Source: a virus
Length of the DNA: 64,000 bases
IMG/VR virus record: IMGVR_UViG_3300042527_000802
Location: 53,481 to 117,480 of that record
Reading direction: 5' to 3' (one strand)
The notes beneath the pieces were generated by a model that saw only the letters and a program-made list of their open reading frames with translations, was not told the DNA's origin and did no database searches. Position 1 is the first letter of the stretch. Each line of letters starts with the position of its first letter. Made by a program: the position numbers and the translations under genes. This document shows, piece after piece, positions 7,840 through 17,351 of this stretch.

Positions 7840-10152
7840 ATGAGTAATGATTCCCCGAATGTAAGATATTTTAATAATCAAGCATATATCAGATATAGTA
7901 ATGGAAGTATATATTTATGTACTCCTAATTCATTAGCAACAGATGAATGCATAGAATGCTGCCCAAATACATTTGCTACATTATGGGAGCATCCTAATAT
8001 TGCATGTTCAAATCCTAGAATAACACATCCTATAGATCTATCCAAACCGTATTGGCATTTTCCATCTGGAAATACAAACGGTCAAGTCAACCCTGTCCCA
8101 GTACAAGGATTTAACGCTTTGTGCGGCACTCCTCCACAGACTAATTTATCAAGTAGAATAGAAATTAAAATACCATACGATTCTATATTTAGTGGAACAT
8201 ATGTTTTTGATTGGAGACAAGGGAATTGGAATTATCAATCTTCATTAAGTAAAACGTCATTATCACCATATCCAGATGCTGGATCTTCTTATTATAATCA
8301 AATACTAGTTAGTTTAACAGAAACTAGTGGCGAACCAACATATAAGGGATACGTAGAGGCTGCAAGACAAACTACGCATACTTCTAATTTGAGCGGAGTA
8401 TTTGCATATCCCGCTCAATTTGTATTTACGGCGATGCAAGCACCATCTGATGCTGCTAGTCAAAGTCCATTTCCAACAGGATCAGGACACAGAGCAGTTG
8501 TTGGATTTACGTTACCTATCAGATGGAGGCATGAATATAATGATTGGGTTGTCGTAGATTCGGTAGGACATAAAATTAGTGGCACCAAAACTTCTAATGC
8601 GGCCAATACTAACTGGCTACCAAGCACAGACTGCTTCCCAAGCGGCTATGCAACATCAAGAAGTGGTCCATATACAGTTGGATTAAGTGGTATAACAAAT
8701 AGTCCAGCCACGTATGATCTTTCTAATACTACAACTGCTATAACAGGATCGTGTACCGGATTAGCACATCTTGGTTTTTCTTATAGAACATCAGCAAGCG
8801 GATTACCATTTGATAGTACAACATATGATACTAAACTTGTTAATTTTTCTGGTATACGACCAAAATTTGGTGGCGCAATCAGTCACGGAGGATCAAATAT
8901 TAATGAATTAAGATTATTTGAACCTAAAACACCAATGGAATCATGGCTAACATTCACCTTCTCTTGTAGAACTAGCGGAACAACATGTAATGAATTTGAT
9001 TATATAACTCCAGTATCAACAGGATCAACAAGCATATCTGCTACATGCTTAGGATCTTATATTAATGCTGATTTTGTTTGTATAGATTCTAAAGCTCGTC
9101 CTAGCGGTGATTATTTTATTACTGAAGGAGTATCAGGACTTAAAGTAGTTTACTCTGGATTACCAGAAAATATACATCCTCTTGTTAAAACAAATTCATC
9201 AACAGCAAAATTATTCAAAGCAGGTTCTGGACAAATGATTTTTGTAGACTATAGCGGAGCATCAACACCAGAAGCCTTACGAGACTGGATAAATAAAGAA
9301 TTTAATTTTGTAAAAACAGATATTAATAATAGTGTAACATATTCATATCCTGGCGTTGATTTATATTGGAATCTTAAAGAATCTGTTATTGTTTCGGGAA
9401 TAGATGCTAGTAATCTAGGATTAGACGGAGTATATTATTTAGCAAATAATCTTGATGCTGGTCTTCTTTATTATTCAAAAGATGCTGGAAATACTTATCC
9501 AAGAATATCAATGGATGGAGGTTGGTGGGTGCTTAATAACGGTACAACCTCTCCATTCGTTTTAGAAAACGTATCATATCCAACTATTCCTGTAGGAACT
9601 TGGGGAGATTATACCTCCACAGTTGAGTCTCCACCATTAACAAGCGACAATAATAAAACAGCATTTGCTAGACTAATCCCGTGTGATTCTGCTGCTTTTG
9701 AATCGCCATTACCAGGAATATATTTAATTTCTGTTGATGGCAAGTTTGGATCTGATCCCACAGCTTCTGATCTTATAGGAGCATATGGACACGATTCAAC
9801 AACTGGTCGATATATTAATGTTAATAATGGTAATGGAAATTATCAGATGAGATTTATTACAGATAAATGGCATTTAGGAAAAATAGAAAATGGTAATTTT
9901 GTTACATACTATGTATTAGAATATCTTACTGGTGGTATTCCATTAGATCTATTAAATAGTGCTTTTTTGGATTATAGCAATTATTTACCATCACCAGATT
10001 ATACTTGGAATACACTACAAATTCCTGCAACTTGTAAATCGGCTCCTATTGGAGAATGGACTAGTGCAGGGTACGCTGGAACTGGTGTTGCGGCTAGTCT
10101 TAAGGATCCTATTCCTACAGCATGGAACGCTGGCAATACATGTGGGGCTTAA
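7840..10152 (+). CDS. Beta-rich Ser/Gly/Thr protein, paralog of the C-terminal ~650 aa of 53681-60157; probable virion adhesin
   Basis: Shared blocks GTPPQTNLSSRIEIKIPYD, LPIRWRHEYNDWVV, FSCRTSGTTCNEFD, ARLIPCDSAAFES. Confidence 0.8.
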   Translation: MSNDSPNVRYFNNQAYIRYSNGSIYLCTPNSLATDECIECCPNTFATLWEHPNIACSNPRITHPIDLSKPYWHFPSGNTNGQVNPVPVQGFNALCGTPPQTNLSSRIEIKIPYDSIFSGTYVFDWRQGNWNYQSSLSKTSLSPYPDAGSSYYNQILVSLTETSGEPTYKGYVEAARQTTHTSNLSGVFAYPAQFVFTAMQAPSDAASQSPFPTGSGHRAVVGFTLPIRWRHEYNDWVVVDSVGHKISGTKTSNAANTNWLPSTDCFPSGYATSRSGPYTVGLSGITNSPATYDLSNTTTAITGSCTGLAHLGFSYRTSASGLPFDSTTYDTKLVNFSGIRPKFGGAISHGGSNINELRLFEPKTPMESWLTFTFSCRTSGTTCNEFDYITPVSTGSTSISATCLGSYINADFVCIDSKARPSGDYFITEGVSGLKVVYSGLPENIHPLVKTNSSTAKLFKAGSGQMIFVDYSGASTPEALRDWINKEFNFVKTDINNSVTYSYPGVDLYWNLKESVIVSGIDASNLGLDGVYYLANNLDAGLLYYSKDAGNTYPRISMDGGWWVLNNGTTSPFVLENVSYPTIPVGTWGDYTSTVESPPLTSDNNKTAFARLIPCDSAAFESPLPGIYLISVDGKFGSDPTASDLIGAYGHDSTTGRYINVNNGNGNYQMRFITDKWHLGKIENGNFVTYYVLEYLTGGIPLDLLNSAFLDYSNYLPSPDYTWNTLQIPATCKSAPIGEWTSAGYAGTGVAASLKDPIPTAWNAGNTCGA

Positions 10153-10154
10153 AA

Positions 10155-10316
10155 ATGAGACTCTTAGATAAAATAGCATTAAATCGTTTAATTAGTATAA
10201 TTACTAATTTTATACTGGGATTAATAAAAATATTTGCTCCAAAATCAGTTGAAGATATAGAAATTCCAAAACCCAAACGTAAAAAAATATTGCCATGGAG
10301 AAATAAAGATGAATAA
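10155..10316 (+). CDS. Small amphipathic/membrane protein (53 aa)
   Basis: ATG at 10155 just after the upstream stop; LISIITNFILGLIKIF segment, basic tail. Confidence 0.6.
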   Translation: MRLLDKIALNRLISIITNFILGLIKIFAPKSVEDIEIPKPKRKKILPWRNKDE

Positions 10317-10650
10317 ATTAATAGGCATATTGCTAATAGGATCAATTTTTGCAACATTTGGTTCTCAGCAATATAATGGATCAACAACAGCTGCTGTTAT
10401 TTTAGCTGGTGGAATTATTAAAGCTCAAAATGTAGTAATAGATAAAAAATATAAAAGAAAAGATTGCCCTATATGCAAAGGAAAAGGCTACTATATTAGT
10501 GGCGATGGTATAAGTAAAGTAAATTGTGGATACTGTGAGCCAGATCAAAAAGCAGCCCCAGTAGCATCTAATCCTAAAGTAGTAATACATTCACCAATAA
10601 CTTTACAACAAAATTGTTTATCTGGAACCTGTCAACAGCCTAAAAGGTAA
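10309..10650 (+). CDS. Signal-peptide protein with a DnaJ-like CxxCxGxG zinc finger
   Basis: Hydrophobic N-terminus; CPICKGKG...CGYC; terminal CLSGTC. Confidence 0.7.
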   Translation: MNKLIGILLIGSIFATFGSQQYNGSTTAAVILAGGIIKAQNVVIDKKYKRKDCPICKGKGYYISGDGISKVNCGYCEPDQKAAPVASNPKVVIHSPITLQQNCLSGTCQQPKR

Positions 10651-10653
10651 TAT

Positions 10654-11052
10654 ATGAATAATGATAATCCAAAACTTAATGCTATAGCATCAAAGGTACT
10701 TCAACAATCTAATATACCAGAAGATCAAAAATTTGGTAGTGTTATAGCTATTTTAATGATGGTTAGTATTATATTAACCGTTATTAGAGTTTTACAGGAA
10801 TGCAATAAAAATAAAACTCAAAATATGACAGCTCATGATAAGTGTGCTATTTATGGAGAAAATATTAGGTCATATAGTAAAAAAAGAGGATGGTTTACCA
10901 GGATGCGCATTAAACGTATAGTTAAAAAACAATTAAACTCATCAGAAGATTTTAATAAATATGGTATTAAAATTACAGAAGCATTGTTAGATACAGGAGA
11001 AAATCTCAAGGATGATGAAGTTTCAACACTAGTGGAGGCTGCAAATGTTTAA
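10654..11052 (+). CDS. Hypothetical membrane protein
   Basis: One hydrophobic segment, VIAILMMVSIILTVI. Confidence 0.7.
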   Translation: MNNDNPKLNAIASKVLQQSNIPEDQKFGSVIAILMMVSIILTVIRVLQECNKNKTQNMTAHDKCAIYGENIRSYSKKRGWFTRMRIKRIVKKQLNSSEDFNKYGIKITEALLDTGENLKDDEVSTLVEAANV

Positions 11053-11290
11053 TTTATTAATATGGGCTGTTTATGGTCTATTTGTTGGTAGTATTGCCAA
11101 ATCTTTAGTTCCTGGTGAAGAGAATTTTGGCTTTGTTAAAACCGTAGCACTAGGAGTAGCAGGATCTTATATGGGAGGCGCCATCCTCTATCTGATAGGG
11201 TCATATAATAGTTTGAGTCCAGCGGGGCTTTTCATGGGTGTTGCAGGATCTGTGCTAGCACTGGTTCTGTATAATAAACTCAATAAGTAA
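11045..11290 (+). CDS. GlsB/YeaQ/YmgE (transglycosylase-associated) family membrane protein
   Basis: Three Gly-rich TM helices with the pattern G..VG.IAK.LVPG...TVALGVAGS..GG. Confidence 0.85.
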   Translation: MFNLLIWAVYGLFVGSIAKSLVPGEENFGFVKTVALGVAGSYMGGAILYLIGSYNSLSPAGLFMGVAGSVLALVLYNKLNK

Positions 11291-11307
11291 AAACTGTCTC
11301 AACCCTA

Positions 11308-11335
11308 TTGACTTTTTCATTGGTTCATGTAATAT
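11308..11335 (+). promoter_or_regulatory. Possible sigma70-type promoter
   Basis: TTGACT-N16-TAATAT ending 6 nt before the ATG at 11342. Confidence 0.45.
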
Positions 11336-11341
11336 AACTGC

Positions 11342-11809
11342 ATGAGACCACAATGGACTGATTATTTTCTCGGTTTGGCTAAAGTTGTTTCTCAACGTAG
11401 TCACGATATTCATACGCAACATGGTTGTGTAATTACAGATTCTCATAATAGAATCTTAGGAGCAGGATATAATGGCTTCCCAAAGGGCCTAGATGATACT
11501 GCTTTACCAACACACAGGCCAGACAAATATCAATGGATGGTACATGCAGAAAGAAACGCATTAAGCAATTGTGTGGTAAGGCCAGATAATGGAATAGCAT
11601 ACGTCACCGGCCAATCGTGCAACGACTGTATAACAGCCTTATGGCAAGAAGGAATAAAAAAAGTTTACATGACAGATGATCATGGAACTTTATTATTTGA
11701 TAAGGCAGCAAAAGAAAGATTTGATACTTTTGTAAAAATGAGTGGTATTGAAATAGTATATTGCAAACCAAATCTAGATTGGCTGAGACATTTGATCGGT
11801 GTATTATGA
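11342..11809 (+). CDS. dCMP deaminase (ComEB-like)
   Basis: GYNG, HAERNA and SCNDC zinc-deaminase motifs. Confidence 0.92.
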   Translation: MRPQWTDYFLGLAKVVSQRSHDIHTQHGCVITDSHNRILGAGYNGFPKGLDDTALPTHRPDKYQWMVHAERNALSNCVVRPDNGIAYVTGQSCNDCITALWQEGIKKVYMTDDHGTLLFDKAAKERFDTFVKMSGIEIVYCKPNLDWLRHLIGVL

Positions 11810-11961
11810 TTTTACCATTATTTACATTTTACGTTTCCATATTTTTTTATTTGATCCAAAGATGGCTAAATTCTTCAAATATAGAAATGATAAATTTATC
11901 GTTTCAGGCCACTGTAATTCTAGGGATCATTTCAATACTTAATATCCTCAATAGGAGATAA
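11806..11961 (+). CDS. Small two-TM membrane protein
   Basis: ATGA overlap with the deaminase stop; two hydrophobic segments. Confidence 0.55.
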   Translation: MILPLFTFYVSIFFYLIQRWLNSSNIEMINLSFQATVILGIISILNILNRR

Positions 11962-11962
11962 T

Positions 11963-14158
11963 ATGTCCGCACTTCAAGAACTTCAAAATTATACATTTGT
12001 TAGTAAGTATGCTCGTTGGATAGAAAAAGAAAATCGCAGAGAAACTTGGAAAGAAGCAGTTGATCGTGTGCGTAACATGATGCATACTCAATATGCTGAT
12101 TTTGATATTAAAACCGATATTGATTGGGCATATGATATGATGTATAAGAAAAAGGTTCTTGGCTCACAAAGAGCATTGCAGTTCGGTGGAGACCCAATCT
12201 TAAAAAGACACGCCAAGATTTACAACTGCACAAGTTCATATTGTGACAGACTAAGATTTTTCCAAGAATGTTTCTGGTTATTGCTTTGCGGTAGCGGTAC
12301 AGGATTCAGTGTACAAAAACACCATGTTGCTAAGCTTCCAACTTTAGAACATGAAGTTGATGAAAACACTATTGGAGTAAAATATACTATTGATGATAGC
12401 ATTGAAGGCTGGGCAGACGCTCTAGGCGTTCTTCTTAGTAGTTATTCCAGCAAGCCAATTGAAGAATTTAAAATGTACAAGAATAGTTATGTGGTATTTG
12501 ACTATTCAAACATCAGAGCAAAAGGTTCCAATCTAGCAAGTGGAGTTGGCAAGGCTCCTGGATTTGAACCATTACAAAATGGCTTAGAAAAAATAAGAAC
12601 ATTACTAGATCGTTGTATTAAAGATGGTCAGAAGAAACTAAGACCAGTTGATGCTTATGATATTATTATGCATAGTAGCGATGCTGTATTAAGTGGTGGA
12701 GTAAGGCGTTCTGCTAGTTTAGCATTGTTTAGTCATAATGATGAAGAAATGGCAAAGGCTAAAACTGGAAATTGGTATGTAGAAAATCCACAAAGAGCAC
12801 GAAGCAATAATTCTGCTTTATTACTGAAAGACGATACCACATTCGAAGAATTCCAAACACTTATGAATAGCGTTAAAGAGTTTGGTGAACCAGGATTTAT
12901 TTGGAGCGATTCTACAGAGATGACATTTAATCCATGTGTAGAAGTAGGTATGTGGCCTGTTGATGAAGAAAGTGGAAAGAGTGGATGGCAAGGATGCAAT
13001 CTTACTACCATTAATTGTTCATCCATAGAAGATGAAGATGATTTCTACGAAAGATGCAAGGCTGCTGCTATCATAGGAACATTACAAGCAGGTTTTACCA
13101 AACTAGATTATTTAGGAGACATTAGTTGCAAGATCTTTGCTAGAGAAGCTTTACTAGGAGTATCATTAACTGGTACTATGGAAAAGCACGATCTGGTATT
13201 ATCAGAGAAGGTCTTACGCAATGGTGCAAAAATTGCTGTTGATACCAATAAGCTTATGGCAAAAGCTATAAAAATAAATCAAGCAGCAAGAGTAACTTGT
13301 TTAAAGCCAGAAGGAACAAGTAGTAGTATGCTTGGCACTAGTTCGGGAATTCATCCTCATCATGCCAAGAGATATATACGTCATGTACAAGCCAATATTT
13401 TAGAGGCGCCTTATCAACACTTCAAAAAAGTAAATGAGCAGGCTTGTGAAAAATCGCGTTGGTCTGCGAATAATACTGATGAGGTTATTAAATTTCCAAT
13501 AGAAGTGCCAGATGGTGCAAAACTAAAGAATCAATTACCAGCAGTAGAAATGCTCTCTGTTGTTAAAGATACTCAGAAAAATTGGGTTCAGTCTGGAAAG
13601 AACAGATCATTATGCACACAAGAGTATTTGAGCCATAATGTTAGCAACACCGTAACTGTTAAACCAGATGAATGGGATGATGTTACCAAATATATCTACG
13701 ATAATCGTAAATATTTTGCTGGCATTAGTCTTATTCCACAAAGCGGAGATAAAGATTATCCTCAAGCACCATTTACAACCGTTTATACAAGCAGAGAAAT
13801 TGTAAAAGAATACGGAGATGCTGCGCTATGGTGTTCTGGTCTAATTGAACTAGCACTAAATGCTTTTGATAATAATCTATGGGCAGCATGTGACTATGTT
13901 ACTTTAAATCAAGCAAATAAAGATGACAATGAATCAAAATTAATGTTTGTTACTAAAATGAAAAATTTTGCTGGTAAATATTTTGAAGGAGATACCAGAA
14001 GATTAACATATTGTATGAAAGATGTTTATAATTGGAAAATTTATTGCGATCTATTCAATACTTTTAATAAGGTAGATTATACACAACTAAAAGAGCATGA
14101 AGATAACACTGCTGGAATAGAAGAAATTAGTTGCGCCGGAGGAGCCTGTCTAATTTAA
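11963..14158 (+). CDS. nrdJ: Class II (B12-dependent) ribonucleotide reductase, monomeric RTPR type
   Basis: YNC, GGVRRSA, NPCVE, GCNL, KPEGTSS and C-terminal CAGGAC; no small-subunit gene adjacent. Confidence 0.92.
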   Translation: MSALQELQNYTFVSKYARWIEKENRRETWKEAVDRVRNMMHTQYADFDIKTDIDWAYDMMYKKKVLGSQRALQFGGDPILKRHAKIYNCTSSYCDRLRFFQECFWLLLCGSGTGFSVQKHHVAKLPTLEHEVDENTIGVKYTIDDSIEGWADALGVLLSSYSSKPIEEFKMYKNSYVVFDYSNIRAKGSNLASGVGKAPGFEPLQNGLEKIRTLLDRCIKDGQKKLRPVDAYDIIMHSSDAVLSGGVRRSASLALFSHNDEEMAKAKTGNWYVENPQRARSNNSALLLKDDTTFEEFQTLMNSVKEFGEPGFIWSDSTEMTFNPCVEVGMWPVDEESGKSGWQGCNLTTINCSSIEDEDDFYERCKAAAIIGTLQAGFTKLDYLGDISCKIFAREALLGVSLTGTMEKHDLVLSEKVLRNGAKIAVDTNKLMAKAIKINQAARVTCLKPEGTSSSMLGTSSGIHPHHAKRYIRHVQANILEAPYQHFKKVNEQACEKSRWSANNTDEVIKFPIEVPDGAKLKNQLPAVEMLSVVKDTQKNWVQSGKNRSLCTQEYLSHNVSNTVTVKPDEWDDVTKYIYDNRKYFAGISLIPQSGDKDYPQAPFTTVYTSREIVKEYGDAALWCSGLIELALNAFDNNLWAACDYVTLNQANKDDNESKLMFVTKMKNFAGKYFEGDTRRLTYCMKDVYNWKIYCDLFNTFNKVDYTQLKEHEDNTAGIEEISCAGGACLI

Positions 14159-14171
14159 AATGTAAAGATAA

Positions 14172-14181
14172 GGTGTATAAT
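14172..14181 (+). promoter_or_regulatory. GGTGTA-TAAT intergenic motif
   Basis: AGGTGTATAATATAG in the gap before phoH. Confidence 0.5.
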
Positions 14182-14223
14182 ATAGTATTATATTTGTAAC
14201 CTTTTCTTACAGAAAGATATAAC

Positions 14224-14958
14224 TTGAGAAAAAAAAATACAAAAAAGAAGAAAGTTATAGATGCAACAAATAATCTCAAACCAATCAATGAAGGGGCTGC
14301 AGCATATAGAAATAGATTAAAACCAAGAAGTGAAAATCAAAAAGAATACATCAGGACTGTAGCAGAAAATACTATTACGTTTTGTCAAGGATTAGCTGGT
14401 AGTGGTAAAACACATATAGCTATTGGAATGGCTATAGAATATCTATTAGATAATAAAATATCAAAAATAGTTATTACTAGACCAATTGTTGAAGCAGGAG
14501 AAAAGATGGGATATCTCCCAGGCTCTGCTGAAGAAAAAATTCATCCTTACTTATTACCGCTAATAGATGAAATAAATCACTTTATTTCTCCAGCAATGTA
14601 TGCTTCTTTAAAATTAAATAATAAGATTGAAATTGTTCCATTAGGATTAATGAGAGGACGAAGTTTTCACAATTGTTTTATAGTAGCGGATGAATGTCAG
14701 AATTCATCATATGATCAACTTAAAATGTTAATCACTAGAATTGGACAGAATAGCAAGATGGTTCTTACTGGTGACGTTCATCAGTCAGACTTGTCAAGAC
14801 ATTTACAAGGTGGTTTTTTACAAATAATAAAATCTTTAGAAGGATTAGAAGGCATAGGAGTAGCAAAACTAGATAGTTCAGACATAGTACGAAATGCTAT
14901 TATTGGCAGAATATTATCTAGGCTTGACCAATTAGAAAATGGGAATACACAATACTAG
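14224..14958 (+). CDS. phoH: PhoH-family ATPase
   Basis: GLAGSGKT, TRP, GYLPG, MRGRSF, DECQN, GDVHQSD; TTG start. Confidence 0.95.
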   Translation: MRKKNTKKKKVIDATNNLKPINEGAAAYRNRLKPRSENQKEYIRTVAENTITFCQGLAGSGKTHIAIGMAIEYLLDNKISKIVITRPIVEAGEKMGYLPGSAEEKIHPYLLPLIDEINHFISPAMYASLKLNNKIEIVPLGLMRGRSFHNCFIVADECQNSSYDQLKMLITRIGQNSKMVLTGDVHQSDLSRHLQGGFLQIIKSLEGLEGIGVAKLDSSDIVRNAIIGRILSRLDQLENGNTQY

Positions 14959-15523
14959 ATGCTTATTACTAAATTCTGACTATAGCCCACTTACTATTAT
15001 TGGTTGGCAAAGAGCTTTAGTATGGTCTATTAAATATAGTGATAATCCGTCCTATGGAATAGAAATCATAGATTTTTATAAAAATGATTTTATTCAAGGT
15101 GCGTGTGGTAAAAAATATCCTGTCCCAGCAGTTGCTAAAACCAAAAAATTCTTTAAACGAGCAAATAATAGTGTAGTTTTTTCCAGAAAAAATATATACA
15201 TAAGAGACAATTATACTTGTCAATACTGTAATACAAAATTGGATCCATCACAATTAACTTATGATCATGTTATTCCAAAATCTAAATGGACAGATAATAA
15301 TAGATCTCCAACTAATTGGACCAATATAACTACTGCTTGCATAAAATGTAATAGGAAAAAAGGTAACAAAACACCAAAACAAGCAAATATGACAATTAAA
15401 AATTTTCCTTTTACTCCAGATAAGACGGACAAATACTTGCCAGTTGTCCACTTATTGTCTAGAATAAAGCATGAGATCCCTGATGAGTGGTCGTTGTATC
15501 TTCCAGATTCCTATCTAAAATAG
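14939..15523 (+). CDS. HNH endonuclease (McrA-like)
   Basis: RDNYTCQYC, TYDHVIP, ACIKCNRKKG. Confidence 0.9.
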   Translation: MGIHNTRCLLLNSDYSPLTIIGWQRALVWSIKYSDNPSYGIEIIDFYKNDFIQGACGKKYPVPAVAKTKKFFKRANNSVVFSRKNIYIRDNYTCQYCNTKLDPSQLTYDHVIPKSKWTDNNRSPTNWTNITTACIKCNRKKGNKTPKQANMTIKNFPFTPDKTDKYLPVVHLLSRIKHEIPDEWSLYLPDSYLK

Positions 15524-15524
15524 T

Positions 15525-15869
15525 ATGCCAACATATTCGTATCATTGTAATAGCTGCAAAAAAGATTTTGAGCTGTTTTTTTATATCAAAGATTATATTC
15601 CAGACCCATCCTGCGTATATTGTAATAAAAAACAATCAGAAAGAAGATATGTAGACGATGTATTAAGCCAGAATACGTCTGTAAAAAAATCTGATTCAGA
15701 ACTAAAGACTGTGGGAGATTTAGCAAATAGGAACAGAGATAGATTAAGCGATGATCAAAAGGCCGAGCTAAATCGTAAGCATAACGAGTATAAAGACACA
15801 GAAGTAGAGAAGGCTCTACCAAAAGGTATGACAAGACTTAAGAAACAACCAAAAATTAAATGGACATAA
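15525..15869 (+). CDS. FmdB-family zinc-ribbon protein
   Basis: MPTYSYHCNSC...FE...CVYC. Confidence 0.85.
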   Translation: MPTYSYHCNSCKKDFELFFYIKDYIPDPSCVYCNKKQSERRYVDDVLSQNTSVKKSDSELKTVGDLANRNRDRLSDDQKAELNRKHNEYKDTEVEKALPKGMTRLKKQPKIKWT

Positions 15870-15870
15870 A

Positions 15871-16245
15871 ATGAGTAACGATAATAATGAATCTGCTATC
15901 GATCCTGATCTTATTAAAGAGCTTAATAATATCCAATCAATGGATGATGATAAGTTTAAAGAATGGATAGGACAGAAAGAATTAGACTTACCAGAAGCTG
16001 AAAGTATAAAAAAGCTAATCGATTGCCAGCACGAAATAGTATTTACTATTACTGGTAATGTACTATCTCAAAATGATAAGGGAGAAATCATTGGATTGAA
16101 AGAAATGTGTAAAAAAAACTTTCATATACCAGTTCCAACAAATAGAGACTATAAAAAATATATGAGAAGATTTTTTGAATACTTGGAAAGTAACCTATTG
16201 CAGACAATATCGGACACTAACGAAAAAGAAGAAAATAATGAATAA
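15871..16245 (+). CDS. Hypothetical protein
   Basis: Open frame tiled within the operon. Confidence 0.7.
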   Translation: MSNDNNESAIDPDLIKELNNIQSMDDDKFKEWIGQKELDLPEAESIKKLIDCQHEIVFTITGNVLSQNDKGEIIGLKEMCKKNFHIPVPTNRDYKKYMRRFFEYLESNLLQTISDTNEKEENNE

Positions 16246-16615
16246 TTCATTTATACACGAGCATTCAAAGACAACACAATCAGAAATTAATAATTATTAT
16301 TCTACTATAAATAGTTATGATTTTATTGATGAAGAAAATAATCCAAGAATCAAAAAAGAAAATGATCAACGAGTACTAGCAAAGGCAAAATCAAGGCCAG
16401 ATAGTACTGTTAAATATTTGATCAAGCTAGATAATATGAAAAATCTTTATAATCCATTGCTACCTCTTTCAGAGAATAAGCAATCAACCCTATATGAAGA
16501 TAAGGCATATATACCGTTCAAAGAAGTAAGTAAACCAGTATTCGACATGTATATAACTTTTTTAAGAACTCTTAATCCTGTATGGATTAGAAATGCAGAA
16601 AGGGAAGGATTTTAA
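16238..16615 (+). CDS. Hypothetical protein
   Basis: ATG at 16238 overlaps the upstream gene end. Confidence 0.7.
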   Translation: MNNSFIHEHSKTTQSEINNYYSTINSYDFIDEENNPRIKKENDQRVLAKAKSRPDSTVKYLIKLDNMKNLYNPLLPLSENKQSTLYEDKAYIPFKEVSKPVFDMYITFLRTLNPVWIRNAEREGF

Positions 16616-16948
16616 ATGGCTAGAATCAATAAGACTCAAACATATGCAATAAGATGGCTTAATTCACAAGGTCTTACTAACGAAAAAATTGCAGAAGAGT
16701 TGGATCTAAATATAGAACAAGTACAAAAAACTATAGAAAAATTTACTATAGCATCTAATGAGCAACAAGTAACAACAGCAAGTTCGCCAGTCAACAATCC
16801 AATGATTACTAAAACTTCTGGCAAAGGAATCAACAACGTAGCCATTATGACAAAGGAAGCAGCAGAACAGCATGATGCCAATAGAGCAAAATTTACTTCA
16901 TCATCACAAACAAGCAAGGCAATTTTCAGACCCAAAAAAAATGGATAA
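16616..16948 (+). CDS. Protein with an N-terminal helix-turn-helix
   Basis: LNSQGLTNEKIAEELDLNIEQV. Confidence 0.65.
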   Translation: MARINKTQTYAIRWLNSQGLTNEKIAEELDLNIEQVQKTIEKFTIASNEQQVTTASSPVNNPMITKTSGKGINNVAIMTKEAAEQHDANRAKFTSSSQTSKAIFRPKKNG

Positions 16949-17351
16949 GTTTGCTTCTAAGTATTCTAATGGCAAATCCGTCTCAGCCGCTCAATATATC
17001 ACGGAACTAATCTGTGAAAGCAAAGCAAAAAAAGATAAAAAGGATTTACATTATAGATTTTGGACTACTAAATACTGGGAAAGATATTATAAGGATCAAA
17101 TAGCAACAGCATATAAACTATTAAAAAAATATGAAGCTAAAGCTATAATAAACGCTCTGAGAAGTGATAAGGGGCAAAAAATCTATTCTTTGCGTGCTCC
17201 ATTTTTGGAGCCTATCATAGAACAGATGGCAGACAAGATAAAATCAGAGAACACAGTTTTATCCAAAGAGCTTGATAGAACTGAAAAAAAGACATTCAGG
17301 AATAACCATCAGAAGTCCAATATCATATCAAAACTTAAGGATTTAGAATAA
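16941..17351 (+). CDS. Hypothetical basic protein
   Basis: ATG at 16941; TAATG overlap with recA. Confidence 0.7.
   Translation: MDKFASKYSNGKSVSAAQYITELICESKAKKDKKDLHYRFWTTKYWERYYKDQIATAYKLLKKYEAKAIINALRSDKGQKIYSLRAPFLEPIIEQMADKIKSENTVLSKELDRTEKKTFRNNHQKSNIISKLKDLE

Noticed and set aside
11342-14958. dCMP deaminase, nrdJ and phoH as novel auxiliary genes
   Set aside because: These are routine in large aquatic phages
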